From Bdellovibrionota bacterium FG-1 (GTDB lineage: Bacteria; Bdellovibrionota; UBA1018), in the NCBI GenBank assembly GCA_051382295.1, contig JBBCAW010000031.1, forward strand, positions 27,710-91,709: a stretch of 64,000 nt of DNA, in the 5' to 3' direction. Positions within the stretch are counted from its first letter, which is position 1, and the number at the start of each line of letters is the position of its first letter. A model generated the notes under the pieces. That model saw only the letters and a list, made by a program, of their open reading frames with translations, was not told the DNA's origin and did no database searches. Positions 35,829 to 45,504 of the stretch are shown here, one piece after another. The position numbers and the translations under genes were made by a program.

Positions 35829-36690
35829 AGCGATAAAATCCCCGTCCGGTTTTACGGCCGAGCCAGCCGGCGGCGACATATTGTTTCAGCAGGGGAGAGG
35901 GACGATATTTAGAATCGCCCAGGCCTTCGTGAAGAACTTGCATAATAGCTAAACAGGTGTCCAGACCAATAAAATCGGCCAAAGTAAGGGGCCCCATCGG
36001 CTGATTCGTGCCCAGCTTCATCGCTGTGTCGATGTCCTCAGCCGAAGCCACGCCCTCATGAAGCGCGGTGACGGCTTCGTTGATCATGGGCATGAGAATG
36101 CGATTAACCGCAAAGCCAGGCTGATCCTTGGCCTCGATAAAGGTCTTTCCCATTTTTTCAGCAACGGCGCGGGTCGCCGAAAAAGTCTCGTCTGAAGTTT
36201 GTAATCCGCGAATTCCTTCTACGAGTTTCATGATTGGAACCGGATTCATAAAGTGCACACCCGCGACTTTTTCGGGGCGTTTGGTTTGGGCGGCAATCGC
36301 CGTAATGCTGATGGAGGAGGTGTTGCTCGCCAGAATGGTACCCGGGGGGCAGATAGCATCGAGATTGCGAAAAATCTGGTATTTAAGTTGGGGATTTTCA
36401 GTCACGGCTTCGACCACTAATTGGGCTTGGGCCAGGTCCTTGAGGTTTCCGACGGGATGAATGGCGGCCAAAGTTTTTTGGGCGTCGGAGTCAGCCATTT
36501 TTCCTTTTTCGACCAGCTTTTTAAGTTGCGCGGCGATTTTGGCTTTTCCCTTTTCGGCAAAGTCTAGGGTCTGATCCGCTAAAAAAACCTCAAAACCGGA
36601 TTGCGCAGCGATTTGGGCGATGCCGCCGCCCATTTGGCCTGAACCGAGGACACCAATGGAATGGATGAATAAGGAAGTCGTGTTGTTCAT
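35818..36690 (-). CDS. hbd: 3-hydroxybutyryl-CoA dehydrogenase
   Basis: [20 protein letters not shown] and [12 protein letters not shown] motifs. Confidence 0.94.
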   Translation of the reverse strand: MNNTTSLFIHSIGVLGSGQMGGGIAQIAAQSGFEVFLADQTLDFAEKGKAKIAAQLKKLVEKGKMADSDAQKTLAAIHPVGNLKDLAQAQLVVEAVTENPQLKYQIFRNLDAICPPGTILASNTSSISITAIAAQTKRPEKVAGVHFMNPVPIMKLVEGIRGLQTSDETFSATRAVAEKMGKTFIEAKDQPGFAVNRILMPMINEAVTALHEGVASAEDIDTAMKLGTNQPMGPLTLADFIGLDTCLAIMQVLHEGLGDSKYRPSPLLKQYVAAGWLGRKTGRGFYRYDV

Positions 36691-36692
36691 GA

Positions 36693-38123
36693 TTACTTTC
36701 CAATACAAAAATCTGAGAAAATTTTCCCTAAAATATCGTCAGGAAGTGTCTCGCCAATTAAAGAACCCAAAGAATGCAGTGCTTGCCTCAGGTCTGCGGC
36801 AAAAAGGTCAAGTTCGGGGGCCTGCTGAGCTCTTTTCAGGTCGTCAAGGGCCGTTTGGACAGCCGCGAGGTGGTCTAGCCGGGTTAAAAGGACCTCTCCA
36901 TGCGTTCGATGGGTCCATTGCTCGCAGTATTCGACGATGGCGTTGATCGTTGGGGTGATTCCTTGCCCTGTGACCGAAGAGGTTTCTTGCCAGAAGGGGA
37001 TTCCCAAATGGTTGTAATGATTGCGAAGCCTCCCCAGGCGCACTGCATCAGTTAGGTCGCATTTGGTGAAAATCCCCAAGGTCTTTTTACTGGGGCAGTC
37101 GAGGACCGCCCATTGTTCTTCAACAGATTCGGGGGTGCTAAAGGGGTCGACCAAAAAAAGAATGAGATCTGCCTCACGCGCCGAGCGTTGGGATCGTTCA
37201 ACCCCGGTTTTCTCAACGGGATGGTCGGCTATGCGCAACCCAGCAGTATCCTCAAAGCGAAGAGTGAGGGTTGATTTTACTCCCCGAAGAGTAACCTTTT
37301 CATGGACGATGTCGCGGGTTGTTCCCGCAAACTCTGAAACAATAGAGCGGTCTTCACCTAGTAATGTGTTGAAAAAGCTAGATTTTCCAGCATTAGGAAG
37401 GCCCACAATGGCTACTCGAACCCCTTCTTGGAGGCGAAAGCCGCGGTCATAGCTTGCCGCCAATTTTTCTAAGGAGGGCACGATTTCGTCGAGTCCCAAA
37501 CGGAGACGAGGGAGACTGACTTCCTCGATATTCTGATCGCTGAAATCAATGCCCGCTTCGCCTAAAACGGCCAATTGTCTGAGGTTTTCGGCGAGCTCGT
37601 GAAGTAATCGATTTTGAGTTCCTGACATTTTCTCAAGCGCGAGGCCGACTGCGCCGTCATTTGAAGCACTAATCAGGTCCGCGACGGCTTGCGCTTGGGA
37701 GAGGGACATTTTTCCGTTTCGGACGGCGCGAAAACTGAACTCTCCGGGGAGCGCCTGCCGAACGCCCAGGTTGTAAAGCGTTTCCATCACACGTGAGGCA
37801 ACAAAAGCGCCGCCGTGGAGATGAAACTCAACCAAATCCTCGCCCGTATAACTATCTGGGTGTAAAAAACGAACAAAAAGCGCGTCGTCCAATTCCTGAT
37901 CGGAGGTTGGGTCGATTAAGCGAGCGCGATAGAGTTTTCGGGCCTCGCCATTTTGGACATGGGTATGGGGAGATTGGACTATTTGAGCCAAGGCCGTAAA
38001 TGCATTTTTTCCGGAGACGCGAACCATGGCAATAGCGCCGCCAACGGCCGTTCCAATTGCCGCGATCGTGTCTTCTGAAAGATATCCGGACTTATCTTGT
38101 GCCGGCTGCGATCGCTGGGACAC
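36693..38123 (-). CDS. mnmE: tRNA modification GTPase
   Basis: [30 protein letters not shown] and C-terminal FCIGK. Confidence 0.97.
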   Translation of the reverse strand: MSQRSQPAQDKSGYLSEDTIAAIGTAVGGAIAMVRVSGKNAFTALAQIVQSPHTHVQNGEARKLYRARLIDPTSDQELDDALFVRFLHPDSYTGEDLVEFHLHGGAFVASRVMETLYNLGVRQALPGEFSFRAVRNGKMSLSQAQAVADLISASNDGAVGLALEKMSGTQNRLLHELAENLRQLAVLGEAGIDFSDQNIEEVSLPRLRLGLDEIVPSLEKLAASYDRGFRLQEGVRVAIVGLPNAGKSSFFNTLLGEDRSIVSEFAGTTRDIVHEKVTLRGVKSTLTLRFEDTAGLRIADHPVEKTGVERSQRSAREADLILFLVDPFSTPESVEEQWAVLDCPSKKTLGIFTKCDLTDAVRLGRLRNHYNHLGIPFWQETSSVTGQGITPTINAIVEYCEQWTHRTHGEVLLTRLDHLAAVQTALDDLKRAQQAPELDLFAADLRQALHSLGSLIGETLPDDILGKIFSDFCIGK

Positions 38124-39681
38124 TCTTCACATCCAACTTCTTATTAAGAATGAGCTGTTGCGCGATACTCGCCAGCGCATTGGTGAGCATGTAAATGGTG
38201 AGACCAGAAGGTAAATTCACCATCATGACGCCAAAGATCAACGGCATAAATTGCATCATTTTTTGTTGGGCGGGGTCGGTAGCGGTTTGAGGTGAAAGTT
38301 TTTGTTGTAAAAACATAGTCAAACACAACAATACCGGGGTGACATAAAATGGATCACGAGCCGCAAGATCTTGGATCCAAAATGCAAAAGGTGCGTGGAA
38401 AAGCTCAATCGAGCTATAAAGAACCCGATAGAGGGCAAAGAAAATGGGCATTTGAATCAAAATAGGCAAACAACCGGCAGCAGGGTTATAGCCATGCGTG
38501 CGCATCACCGTGAGCATTTCGCGATTCAACGCCTCTTTGTCATCCTTGTATTTATCACGAAGCTTTTGAAGTTGAGGCTGAAGGCGCGCCATGTCCTTCA
38601 TGCTCTTCATACTCTTGTAATTCAGAGGGTAGGTGACCAGCTTAATCAGCAGGGTGAGGAGAATGATAGCGAGGCCATAATTGTGAATGAAGCGGTAGAA
38701 AAACTTAAGAAGGGTGAGCAGGGGGTAGGCAACGGCCTGAAACCAGCCCAAATCCACGGTATTATCGAGGGCGGGGTCGACTCTGCGCAACATCTCAAGA
38801 GCCTTGGGTCCAAAATAAACACGCACCGGAATAGTGATTGCGTTGGCGGTGACCGGGTAAACCAAGCTGAGGCGTCCTGCGCCCGGTCCAATAGGTTGCA
38901 CTTGGCCTTTGGGCTCCAGCGGTCCTTGTGGGACTAGCGTCATGAGGAAATAACGATTGGCGGCGCCGACATATTTAACCGGAGTCAGAATATCTTTGAT
39001 TGCCGGCGAATCTTTTACCGAGACGCGCTCTAGATTTTTATCGCTCCAGTAGAGGAGCTGGCGATCTTGCGCTTCGGGGTCTTTGTCATCACTCTGCGAG
39101 GTGAGTGACAAAAAGAAGTAACTGGGGCGTTTCGCTTTGAATTCAGCCGTCACTGTCATGTTGAGGTAAGGCTCGCCCGCGACAGGTTGAAATTCCCGTC
39201 TCAATTTGAGATTGGCGTCCTCATATTGCCATGCCGTGCCTTGATTTGCGGCAACGAACGTTCCCTGGACAGAACTCAAATAGCCCAAAGCAGGGTCGTC
39301 AAAAGCGAATTCAACCTGGCCATCTTGATTGGTCACTGACTTGAGATCGACAGCGGCCGCCTCAGGGGCAATGCCGAGCTTGTAACTCTTGAGGTCCCAG
39401 CCCACAAAGGCGCGATTTCCGTCACCCAAAAGTGCCTCGCCTATTTCGGTCACTAATTTACGGGATTCAGGAAGGTGGTGAAGAGGGGTGGTTGATGAGG
39501 GCGCCGCAGCAGAAGGCGCTGGGGAAACAGCAACGCCGCTTTCCACAGGGGCACCTGGGGACGCGGTGTTTTGAATAGCTGAACCCGTGTTGTGCGGCAT
39601 GTGGGGTTCGATGTAGAGCTTTTGCCACCCTAAAAAGATGAGAAAACACAAAGCCATCGCGGTCAGAGTTCTACGATCCAT
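38092..39681 (-). CDS. yidC: Membrane protein insertase
   Basis: YFGPK, DLGWF, GCLPILIQMPIF and DPFYVTP motifs. Confidence 0.96.
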   Translation of the reverse strand: MDRRTLTAMALCFLIFLGWQKLYIEPHMPHNTGSAIQNTASPGAPVESGVAVSPAPSAAAPSSTTPLHHLPESRKLVTEIGEALLGDGNRAFVGWDLKSYKLGIAPEAAAVDLKSVTNQDGQVEFAFDDPALGYLSSVQGTFVAANQGTAWQYEDANLKLRREFQPVAGEPYLNMTVTAEFKAKRPSYFFLSLTSQSDDKDPEAQDRQLLYWSDKNLERVSVKDSPAIKDILTPVKYVGAANRYFLMTLVPQGPLEPKGQVQPIGPGAGRLSLVYPVTANAITIPVRVYFGPKALEMLRRVDPALDNTVDLGWFQAVAYPLLTLLKFFYRFIHNYGLAIILLTLLIKLVTYPLNYKSMKSMKDMARLQPQLQKLRDKYKDDKEALNREMLTVMRTHGYNPAAGCLPILIQMPIFFALYRVLYSSIELFHAPFAFWIQDLAARDPFYVTPVLLCLTMFLQQKLSPQTATDPAQQKMMQFMPLIFGVMMVNLPSGLTIYMLTNALASIAQQLILNKKLDVKSVPAIAAGTR

Positions 39682-39686
39682 TGCAA

Positions 39687-39989
39687 TTACCTTTCGACAC
39701 GATCGATATCAGAGGTGCTGGCACAAAGAAAGCCCGCAGAAGGAACGGGATCCCAGCCTTTTCGACCAAAAGGATGACACCGACAAATTCGCCGAAGAGC
39801 TAGACCGCTTCCTCTCCAAAGGCCATGAGTTTCAAGGGCTTGCTTGCCATATTGACTACAGGAGGGCTCAAAACGACAGCCATAACCGGGACCCGCAAGG
39901 GTGTGGATGAGCGGCGAGATGGCCACCTGATAAATAAAAAAGAAGAGGCTGAGGAACGTTTGGGTAAGGCTACGGAAAAGCCACAGCAT
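39687..39989 (-). CDS. yidD: Membrane protein insertion efficiency factor
   Basis: YQVAISP, CRFEPSCSQY and RICRCHPF..GWDPVP motifs. Confidence 0.93.
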   Translation of the reverse strand: MLWLFRSLTQTFLSLFFFIYQVAISPLIHTLAGPGYGCRFEPSCSQYGKQALETHGLWRGSGLALRRICRCHPFGRKGWDPVPSAGFLCASTSDIDRVER

Positions 39990-40329
39990 TTCGAAGCTCC
40001 CGTTTGAGACATGCACCGAGTTTCAGAGGATAGGGATGAGTCATTTTTCGGCTGCCAGGGACGACCACATTATAGTCGAAAGATCCCAAAACATCTGCGT
40101 TAACTCGAAAATTCTCACGGATTTGTCGTTTCGTGCGATTTCGTTCCACCGAGTTACCACGAGCCTTGAGCGTGACGCCGAGTCGAAAGTGACCGAGTTT
40201 ATTAGGAATACGAAAAACCGTGCATTCCGATAAACGAATCACTTGGTTTTTGGCAAAAAAAAGCCGGTACTCCCAGGAATAGTGGAGGCGCTTTTCAGGC
40301 TCGAAAAACTGCGGTATGCGGTGAATCAG
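39970..40329 (-). CDS. rnpA: Ribonuclease P protein component (start codon uncertain)
   Basis: RLGVTLK and GNSVERNRTKRQIRE (RNR motif); frame is open upstream through FEPEKRL..EY; between rpmH and yidD. Confidence 0.85.
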   Translation of the reverse strand: MIHRIPQFFEPEKRLHYSWEYRLFFAKNQVIRLSECTVFRIPNKLGHFRLGVTLKARGNSVERNRTKRQIRENFRVNADVLGSFDYNVVVPGSRKMTHPYPLKLGACLKRELRNAVAFP

Positions 40330-40341
40330 AGGCGTAAGGAA

Positions 40342-40491
40342 TTACTTGCCGGAAATAGTGGCGGCAAGTCGCTTACGGCCCCTGGTGCGACGGCGATTTA
40401 ATACGGCGCGGCCGTTAGAAGTTTCCATGCGCTTCAAGAAGCCATGGCGGCGACGGCGCTTGGTGCGACTCGGTTGTAATGTGCGTTTCAT
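40342..40491 (-). CDS. rpmH: 50S ribosomal protein L34
   Basis: Hand translation [49 protein letters not shown] (49 aa, below the ORF-track cutoff). Confidence 0.97.
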   Translation of the reverse strand: MKRTLQPSRTKRRRRHGFLKRMETSNGRAVLNRRRTRGRKRLAATISGK

Positions 40492-40590
40492 AAAACTAAA
40501 CCCCTAAAAGAAGATTGAACCGGAAGAATTAACGGTTCTATGGCTCGTTGTCAAGGGGAAGCCCTCATGCTAATTGATTGGCCTCTTCAT

Positions 40591-42036
40591 ATGAGGACTA
40601 CTTTAACCATCAATACGCGCGAATGGCCCGAGCTTTGGCAAGCTGCTTACCGTGTATTGGAGCAAAATGTCGTTTCAAGTCAACTTCAGGCATGGATTCA
40701 GCCTTTAATCTTGGTTGGAACTGAGCCTACGTCAGATGGGTTAAGGGTGGTTTTAGGGACTGCTAATGATTTTTCCGCACAGTGGATTATCAAGCATTTT
40801 CGCGAGGAGCTAGAAAAGGCCTTTAGCCAGGTGACAGGGACGACCTGTGAGCTGGCGATGAAGGTTTGTGAGGAGCTGGCCGTATCCTTGGAGCCCTCGC
40901 CGGAGAGCGAAGAGCAAACGCGCCAGGAGGCCCTCCAGCTGGTGCGCCCCTATGAACAAGAAGTGGTCAAAACCCAGGAAAATGAGCCTGTTTCTGTTTC
41001 GGTAGCCGCGGTCTTCCATGACGCTCATTTGGACCCCAGGTATACCTTTGAGAGTTTTGTGGTCGGGGCCAGTAATCAATTTGCGCGTGCCTCGGCCGTA
41101 GCGGTCGCGGAACAGCCCGGAAGGCAATATAATCCATTGTTTTTGCACGGCGCGCCAGGGCTGGGTAAAACCCATCTTCTTTACGCGATTGGCAACCGGT
41201 TTCTTCAGAAAAACCCTAAGGGCAGGGTTGGATATGTCTCGGCCGAAAAGTTTGTGAATGAAATGGTGGACTCTCTCCAAAAGGGTCGAATGCCCCAATT
41301 TCGGGCAAAATTTCGAGATAGTTACGACATTTTGCTCATAGATGACATTCAATTTATTGCTAAAAAAACAGCCAGCGAAGAGGAGTTTTTTCATACTTTC
41401 AATGTGTTACACAGCTCAAAGCGGCAAATTGTGGTCACTAGTGATCGTCCGCCGAAAGAGATTGAAGGCCTGGAGGAGCGTGTTCGCACCCGTTTTGAAT
41501 GGGGTTTGATTGCGGATATCAGTCCTCCTGAAATTGAAACGCGAATTGCTATTTTGCGGGCAAAATCCGAGCGGGAAGATATTTACTTGCCGGATGATGT
41601 CGCGACGTTTTTGGCCTCCTACATTAAGAGCAATGTTCGTGAGCTCGAAGGAGTGCTGATCCGACTTCAGGCGCAGGCCTCGCTTACGGGCGCCGAAATT
41701 TCGCTGGAAATGGCTAAACACGAGCTGAAAACGGCGATTCCTGATGAAGGATCCAGCTTTACCATCGAGGCGATTCAAAATGCCGTTGCCAAGCATTTTC
41801 ATATTCGGGTTCAGGACCTTAAATCGACCTCACGCGCGCGAACCGTGGCACTTCCCCGGCAAATTGCGATGTTTCTAGCTCGAAAATACACCGGCTTAGG
41901 ATACAGGGAAATTGGCCAATACTTCGGTGGAAAAGATCACTCGACGGTCATGCATGGTTGTAAGAAGATTGAAGAAGAGTTCGAAACCGAGGAAGACGTA
42001 CGTGAACTCGTTGAGGGGATTCAAAACCTTCTATAG
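40591..42036 (+). CDS. dnaA: Chromosomal replication initiator
   Basis: YTFESFVVGASN, GAPGLGKTHL, IDDIQF, NVRELEG and GGKDHSTVMH motifs; start uncertain (40540-40591). Confidence 0.97.
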   Translation: MRTTLTINTREWPELWQAAYRVLEQNVVSSQLQAWIQPLILVGTEPTSDGLRVVLGTANDFSAQWIIKHFREELEKAFSQVTGTTCELAMKVCEELAVSLEPSPESEEQTRQEALQLVRPYEQEVVKTQENEPVSVSVAAVFHDAHLDPRYTFESFVVGASNQFARASAVAVAEQPGRQYNPLFLHGAPGLGKTHLLYAIGNRFLQKNPKGRVGYVSAEKFVNEMVDSLQKGRMPQFRAKFRDSYDILLIDDIQFIAKKTASEEEFFHTFNVLHSSKRQIVVTSDRPPKEIEGLEERVRTRFEWGLIADISPPEIETRIAILRAKSEREDIYLPDDVATFLASYIKSNVRELEGVLIRLQAQASLTGAEISLEMAKHELKTAIPDEGSSFTIEAIQNAVAKHFHIRVQDLKSTSRARTVALPRQIAMFLARKYTGLGYREIGQYFGGKDHSTVMHGCKKIEEEFETEEDVRELVEGIQNLL

Positions 42037-43590
42037 GCGCTTGTCGTTTTTAATCATTTGAACCAGGTTCCACATAAAGTGAGGAATGGCTCGAAGCTTG
42101 TCGAGCCAGCTTCGACGGTAAAGATTAAAGGCCTCGCGAAAGAGTGCCGACTGAAAAGAAGAATAAGGGAACCACCAAAGCGATTTGAAAACAAAAAGGC
42201 GCGACCATGGTTTGTGAATGTGCCGGACATTGACCATTTCATAAAGGCCTAAGGCCGAATGAGACCGACCGATTCCGCTCTCTTTGACGCCACCCCAAGG
42301 TGTCTCGCCTAGCCCAGCGGTGTAAGCGACCTCATTGATTGTAACGGTTCCGACCTCGAGTTGGTGGGCGATCTCTTCGCCGAGCGAGTGATTCCGCGTA
42401 ATCACGCTGGCCAGGAGGCCATATCGGCTGGCGTTGGCCTTTTGTATGGCCTCCGCCACGGATTTAAAGGTTGAGACGGCGACGATGGGGCCAAACGTTT
42501 CATCATTGTAGAGGGCTAATTTTTCAATCTCAGGGCCCGTGATGATGGTCGGTTTCAGAAAACGTCGCGAATCATCGGTGTAGGTTCCGCCGGTGATAAA
42601 GCGAGCATTTTCGGTCTTGGCCTGTTCGAGTTGTTGGTCATAAACGAGTTTTTGTTTCTCAAAAGTAATCGGACCCAAGTCGTTTTTGTTGGAGCTCGAG
42701 GGACCTTGTCTAAGTTGGTGTAGCTTCGCCTTAAGTAGATCCAAAAAATGCTCGGCAATGCTTTCGTGGACCAAAATTCGCTCTACTGAGGCACAGACTT
42801 GGCCGGAATTACTAAAGCCGCCCCAAAGGGCGGCGCTGGTGGCAAAATCCAGATCCGCATCGGACAAAATAATCATGGCATCTTTTCCGCCGAGTTCGAG
42901 GTTGACCGGGATGAGGTGTTCGGCGGCAGCGGCCATGACCCTCTTTCCAGTGGCGACGCTTCCGGTGAAGAATATTTTATTTGGCTTTTGTTGAATGAGG
43001 GCGGCGCCTAGGCTGCCATCACCGATGACGGTTTGAACGAGGTGGGGTGGAAAGCCGGCCAAGTCGCAAAGGTCTTGAATCTTTAGACCCACCAGCGGGG
43101 TAATTTCACTGGGCTTAAAGACCACGGCATTTCCGGCCACCAGTGCGGCGATCAGTTCACCGAAGGGCAGAAGAAAGGGGTAGTTCCAGGGGGAGATGAT
43201 GGCCACAACGCCCAACGGCCAATAGTTGAGGTAACTTCGGCGGTATTTGAGGATCGACATTGGAATGGGTTGGTCGGCGAGAAATTTACGCGAGTGGCGG
43301 GCGTAGTAGCCCAGCATGTCGACTGCTGGAAGCAGCTCGTTACTCAAGGCTTCGAAGCGAGGTTTCCCGTTTTCGCGCGAAATGAGGTCGGCCAACTCGT
43401 CGACGTGATTAATGAGAGTTTCGCGTAATTGAAGCAGGTAAAAGGCTCGCTTTTTGACGGTAAAATTTGCCCAGTATTTCTGGGCCACGGCGGCTTGTTC
43501 GAAAATGGCAGGCAAGGCATCGAGCGGTGTGCCCTCAATTTCCTGGAGGGTTTCGCCGGTAGCGGGATTTTGTGATTTTAAGACAACCAT
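42031..43590 (-). CDS. NAD(P)-dependent aldehyde dehydrogenase
   Basis: ISPWNYP, FTGS, LELGGKD, GQVCAS and ETFGP motifs. Confidence 0.93.
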   Translation of the reverse strand: MVVLKSQNPATGETLQEIEGTPLDALPAIFEQAAVAQKYWANFTVKKRAFYLLQLRETLINHVDELADLISRENGKPRFEALSNELLPAVDMLGYYARHSRKFLADQPIPMSILKYRRSYLNYWPLGVVAIISPWNYPFLLPFGELIAALVAGNAVVFKPSEITPLVGLKIQDLCDLAGFPPHLVQTVIGDGSLGAALIQQKPNKIFFTGSVATGKRVMAAAAEHLIPVNLELGGKDAMIILSDADLDFATSAALWGGFSNSGQVCASVERILVHESIAEHFLDLLKAKLHQLRQGPSSSNKNDLGPITFEKQKLVYDQQLEQAKTENARFITGGTYTDDSRRFLKPTIITGPEIEKLALYNDETFGPIVAVSTFKSVAEAIQKANASRYGLLASVITRNHSLGEEIAHQLEVGTVTINEVAYTAGLGETPWGGVKESGIGRSHSALGLYEMVNVRHIHKPWSRLFVFKSLWWFPYSSFQSALFREAFNLYRRSWLDKLRAIPHFMWNLVQMIKNDKRL

Positions 43591-43632
43591 GAGTTTGAGC
43601 CTCTTGAGCAGTATTATGGTATATTTATCACC

Positions 43633-45360
43633 ATGTCGCAACCTCGGCAGTTGAAGCCACTCACCCTGAACGCCCTGGCCGTCCTTGAGCGTCGTTATCT
43701 ATGGCGGGATTCGAACGGGACGGTAACGGAGACGCCGGAGGGACTTTTTTCTCGGGTTGCCCACGCTATTTCTGTGCCGGAGAAAAGCGGCCGAAAGAAA
43801 TGGCAGGGTGTTTTTTTTGAGATGATGGCGAGTGGTCGTTTTTTACCCAATACGCCGACACTGATGAATGCGGGAAGGGACCGAGCGCAGCTTTCAGCCT
43901 GTTTTGTGCTCCCGATTGAAGACTCCTTGGAGGGGATCTTTGATGCGCTTAAGGGCGCCGCGAAAATCCATCAATCGGGCGGAGGTACGGGGTTTTCTTT
44001 TTCGCGGCTTCGGCCTAAGGGCAGTTTGGTGAGGACCACTCGGGGGGTTGCCTCCGGACCGATCTCGTTTATGCGGGTTTTTGATTTGGCCACGGAAACG
44101 GTCAAGCAGGGGGGCGCGCGTCGCGGCGCGAACATGGCGGTATTGCGCGTGGATCACCCCGATATTTTGGAATTTATTAATGTCAAAAGGGATCTCCGCA
44201 CGTTAGCTAATTTTAATATTTCAGTGGGCGTGACTGAGGCTTTTATGCGCGCCCTTGAGCTTGGAAAAGACTACGCGCTGTTTGCGCCAGGCGATAAAAA
44301 GGAGGTTCAGCGGATTGGAGCGCGAGAGGTTTTCGAGCAGATCGTTGCCGCGGCCTGGGAGTGCGGTGATCCGGGACTCGTGTTTTTGGATCGCATTAAT
44401 TTTTTCAATCCCACCCCGCGCGCGGGCCAAATGGAGAGTACTAATCCCTGCGGCGAGCAGGCCCTTTTGGGCTACGAGTCTTGCAACCTGGGGTCGTTGA
44501 ATTTGGGCGCATATTGGAATGGGTCGGTATTCGATTGGGAGCAATACCGACAGGACATTCATCACGCGGTTCGGTTTTTGGATAATGTGATCGAGGTGAA
44601 TTGTTTTCCGCTTCAGGAAAGTCGCAAAATTACGTTAAAGAACCGCAAAATCGGGCTTGGCGTGATGGGGTTGGCGGACTTGTTATTGATGATGGACGTG
44701 CCTTACGAGTCAGACGAAGCGCTCCGCCTGAGTGAAAAGTGGATGAGCTTTTTGGATCGCGAGGCCAAGAGCGCCTCGATGGCATTGGCGAAGACGCGCG
44801 GCGCGTTTCCGAATTGGCGGGGTTCGCTTTGGCAGAAGCTGGGATATCCCAAAATGCGCAACGCAACGGTGAGTACGGTCGCTCCGACCGGAACGATTAG
44901 TATGATCGCGGGTTGTTCTGGGGGGATTGAGCCTATTTTTGCGGGCATTTTTTATCGCAATGTTTTGTCGGGAGAGCGGCTTCGGGAGGTTCATCCCGCG
45001 GTTGAAAAGGCGCTTCGCGCTCGTAAGCAGAAGCCAGAACAGGTCACCGAAGAGGGCATTGCGGTGGCGGTGGGCAAGGCCTGGAGTCCTGCCCAAAAGG
45101 TATCGATTGAAGGGCATGTACGAATGCAGGCCGTCTTTCAGCGGCACTCGGATAGTTCTGTTTCGAAGACGATTAATCTTCCGCAAGAGGCGTCTCGCGA
45201 GGATGTTGCGAGAGCCTTTCGGTTAGCGCATCAGTTGGGTTGTAAGGGAATTACGGTGTATCGGGACAAGAGTCGTCCTGAGCAGGTTCTCGAAAAAGCG
45301 GCATCGCAAGAGCAAACTCCGGATGGGGATGGGTCGTCGTGTCCGACGTGTGTAGGTTGA
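43633..45360 (+). CDS. nrdJ: Adenosylcobalamin-dependent (class II) ribonucleotide reductase, compact
   Basis: QLSACFV, TNPCGEQ, APTGTIS, KGITVYRD and C-terminal CPTC; no ATP cone; no nrdB nearby. Confidence 0.88.
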   Translation: MSQPRQLKPLTLNALAVLERRYLWRDSNGTVTETPEGLFSRVAHAISVPEKSGRKKWQGVFFEMMASGRFLPNTPTLMNAGRDRAQLSACFVLPIEDSLEGIFDALKGAAKIHQSGGGTGFSFSRLRPKGSLVRTTRGVASGPISFMRVFDLATETVKQGGARRGANMAVLRVDHPDILEFINVKRDLRTLANFNISVGVTEAFMRALELGKDYALFAPGDKKEVQRIGAREVFEQIVAAAWECGDPGLVFLDRINFFNPTPRAGQMESTNPCGEQALLGYESCNLGSLNLGAYWNGSVFDWEQYRQDIHHAVRFLDNVIEVNCFPLQESRKITLKNRKIGLGVMGLADLLLMMDVPYESDEALRLSEKWMSFLDREAKSASMALAKTRGAFPNWRGSLWQKLGYPKMRNATVSTVAPTGTISMIAGCSGGIEPIFAGIFYRNVLSGERLREVHPAVEKALRARKQKPEQVTEEGIAVAVGKAWSPAQKVSIEGHVRMQAVFQRHSDSSVSKTINLPQEASREDVARAFRLAHQLGCKGITVYRDKSRPEQVLEKAASQEQTPDGDGSSCPTCVG

Positions 45361-45368
45361 TTGAAAAA

Positions 45369-45445
45369 TGGAGCGGGCGAAGGGGCTCGAACCCTCGACC
45401 TCAAGCTTGGGAAGCTCGCACTCTAGCCAACTGAGCTACACCCGC
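45369..45445 (-). tRNA. tRNA-Gly (anticodon CCC)
   Basis: Reverse complement GCGGGTGTAGCTCAGTTGGCTAGAGTGCGAGCTTCCCAAGCTTGAGGTCGAGGGTTCGAGCCCCTTCGCCCGCTCCA folds as a cloverleaf with encoded CCA. Confidence 0.96.
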
Positions 45446-45504
45446 ACCCAAATGAAGAACTTTTGGACCTTACCGTAATCGCGGGAGTGAAGCAATTTTT
45501 TCGT

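Noticed and set aside
40492..40590. oriC at rpmH-dnaA or downstream of dnaA
   Set aside because: The intergenic space is ~100 bp with no DnaA boxes, and the dnaA 3' end overlaps the next gene.
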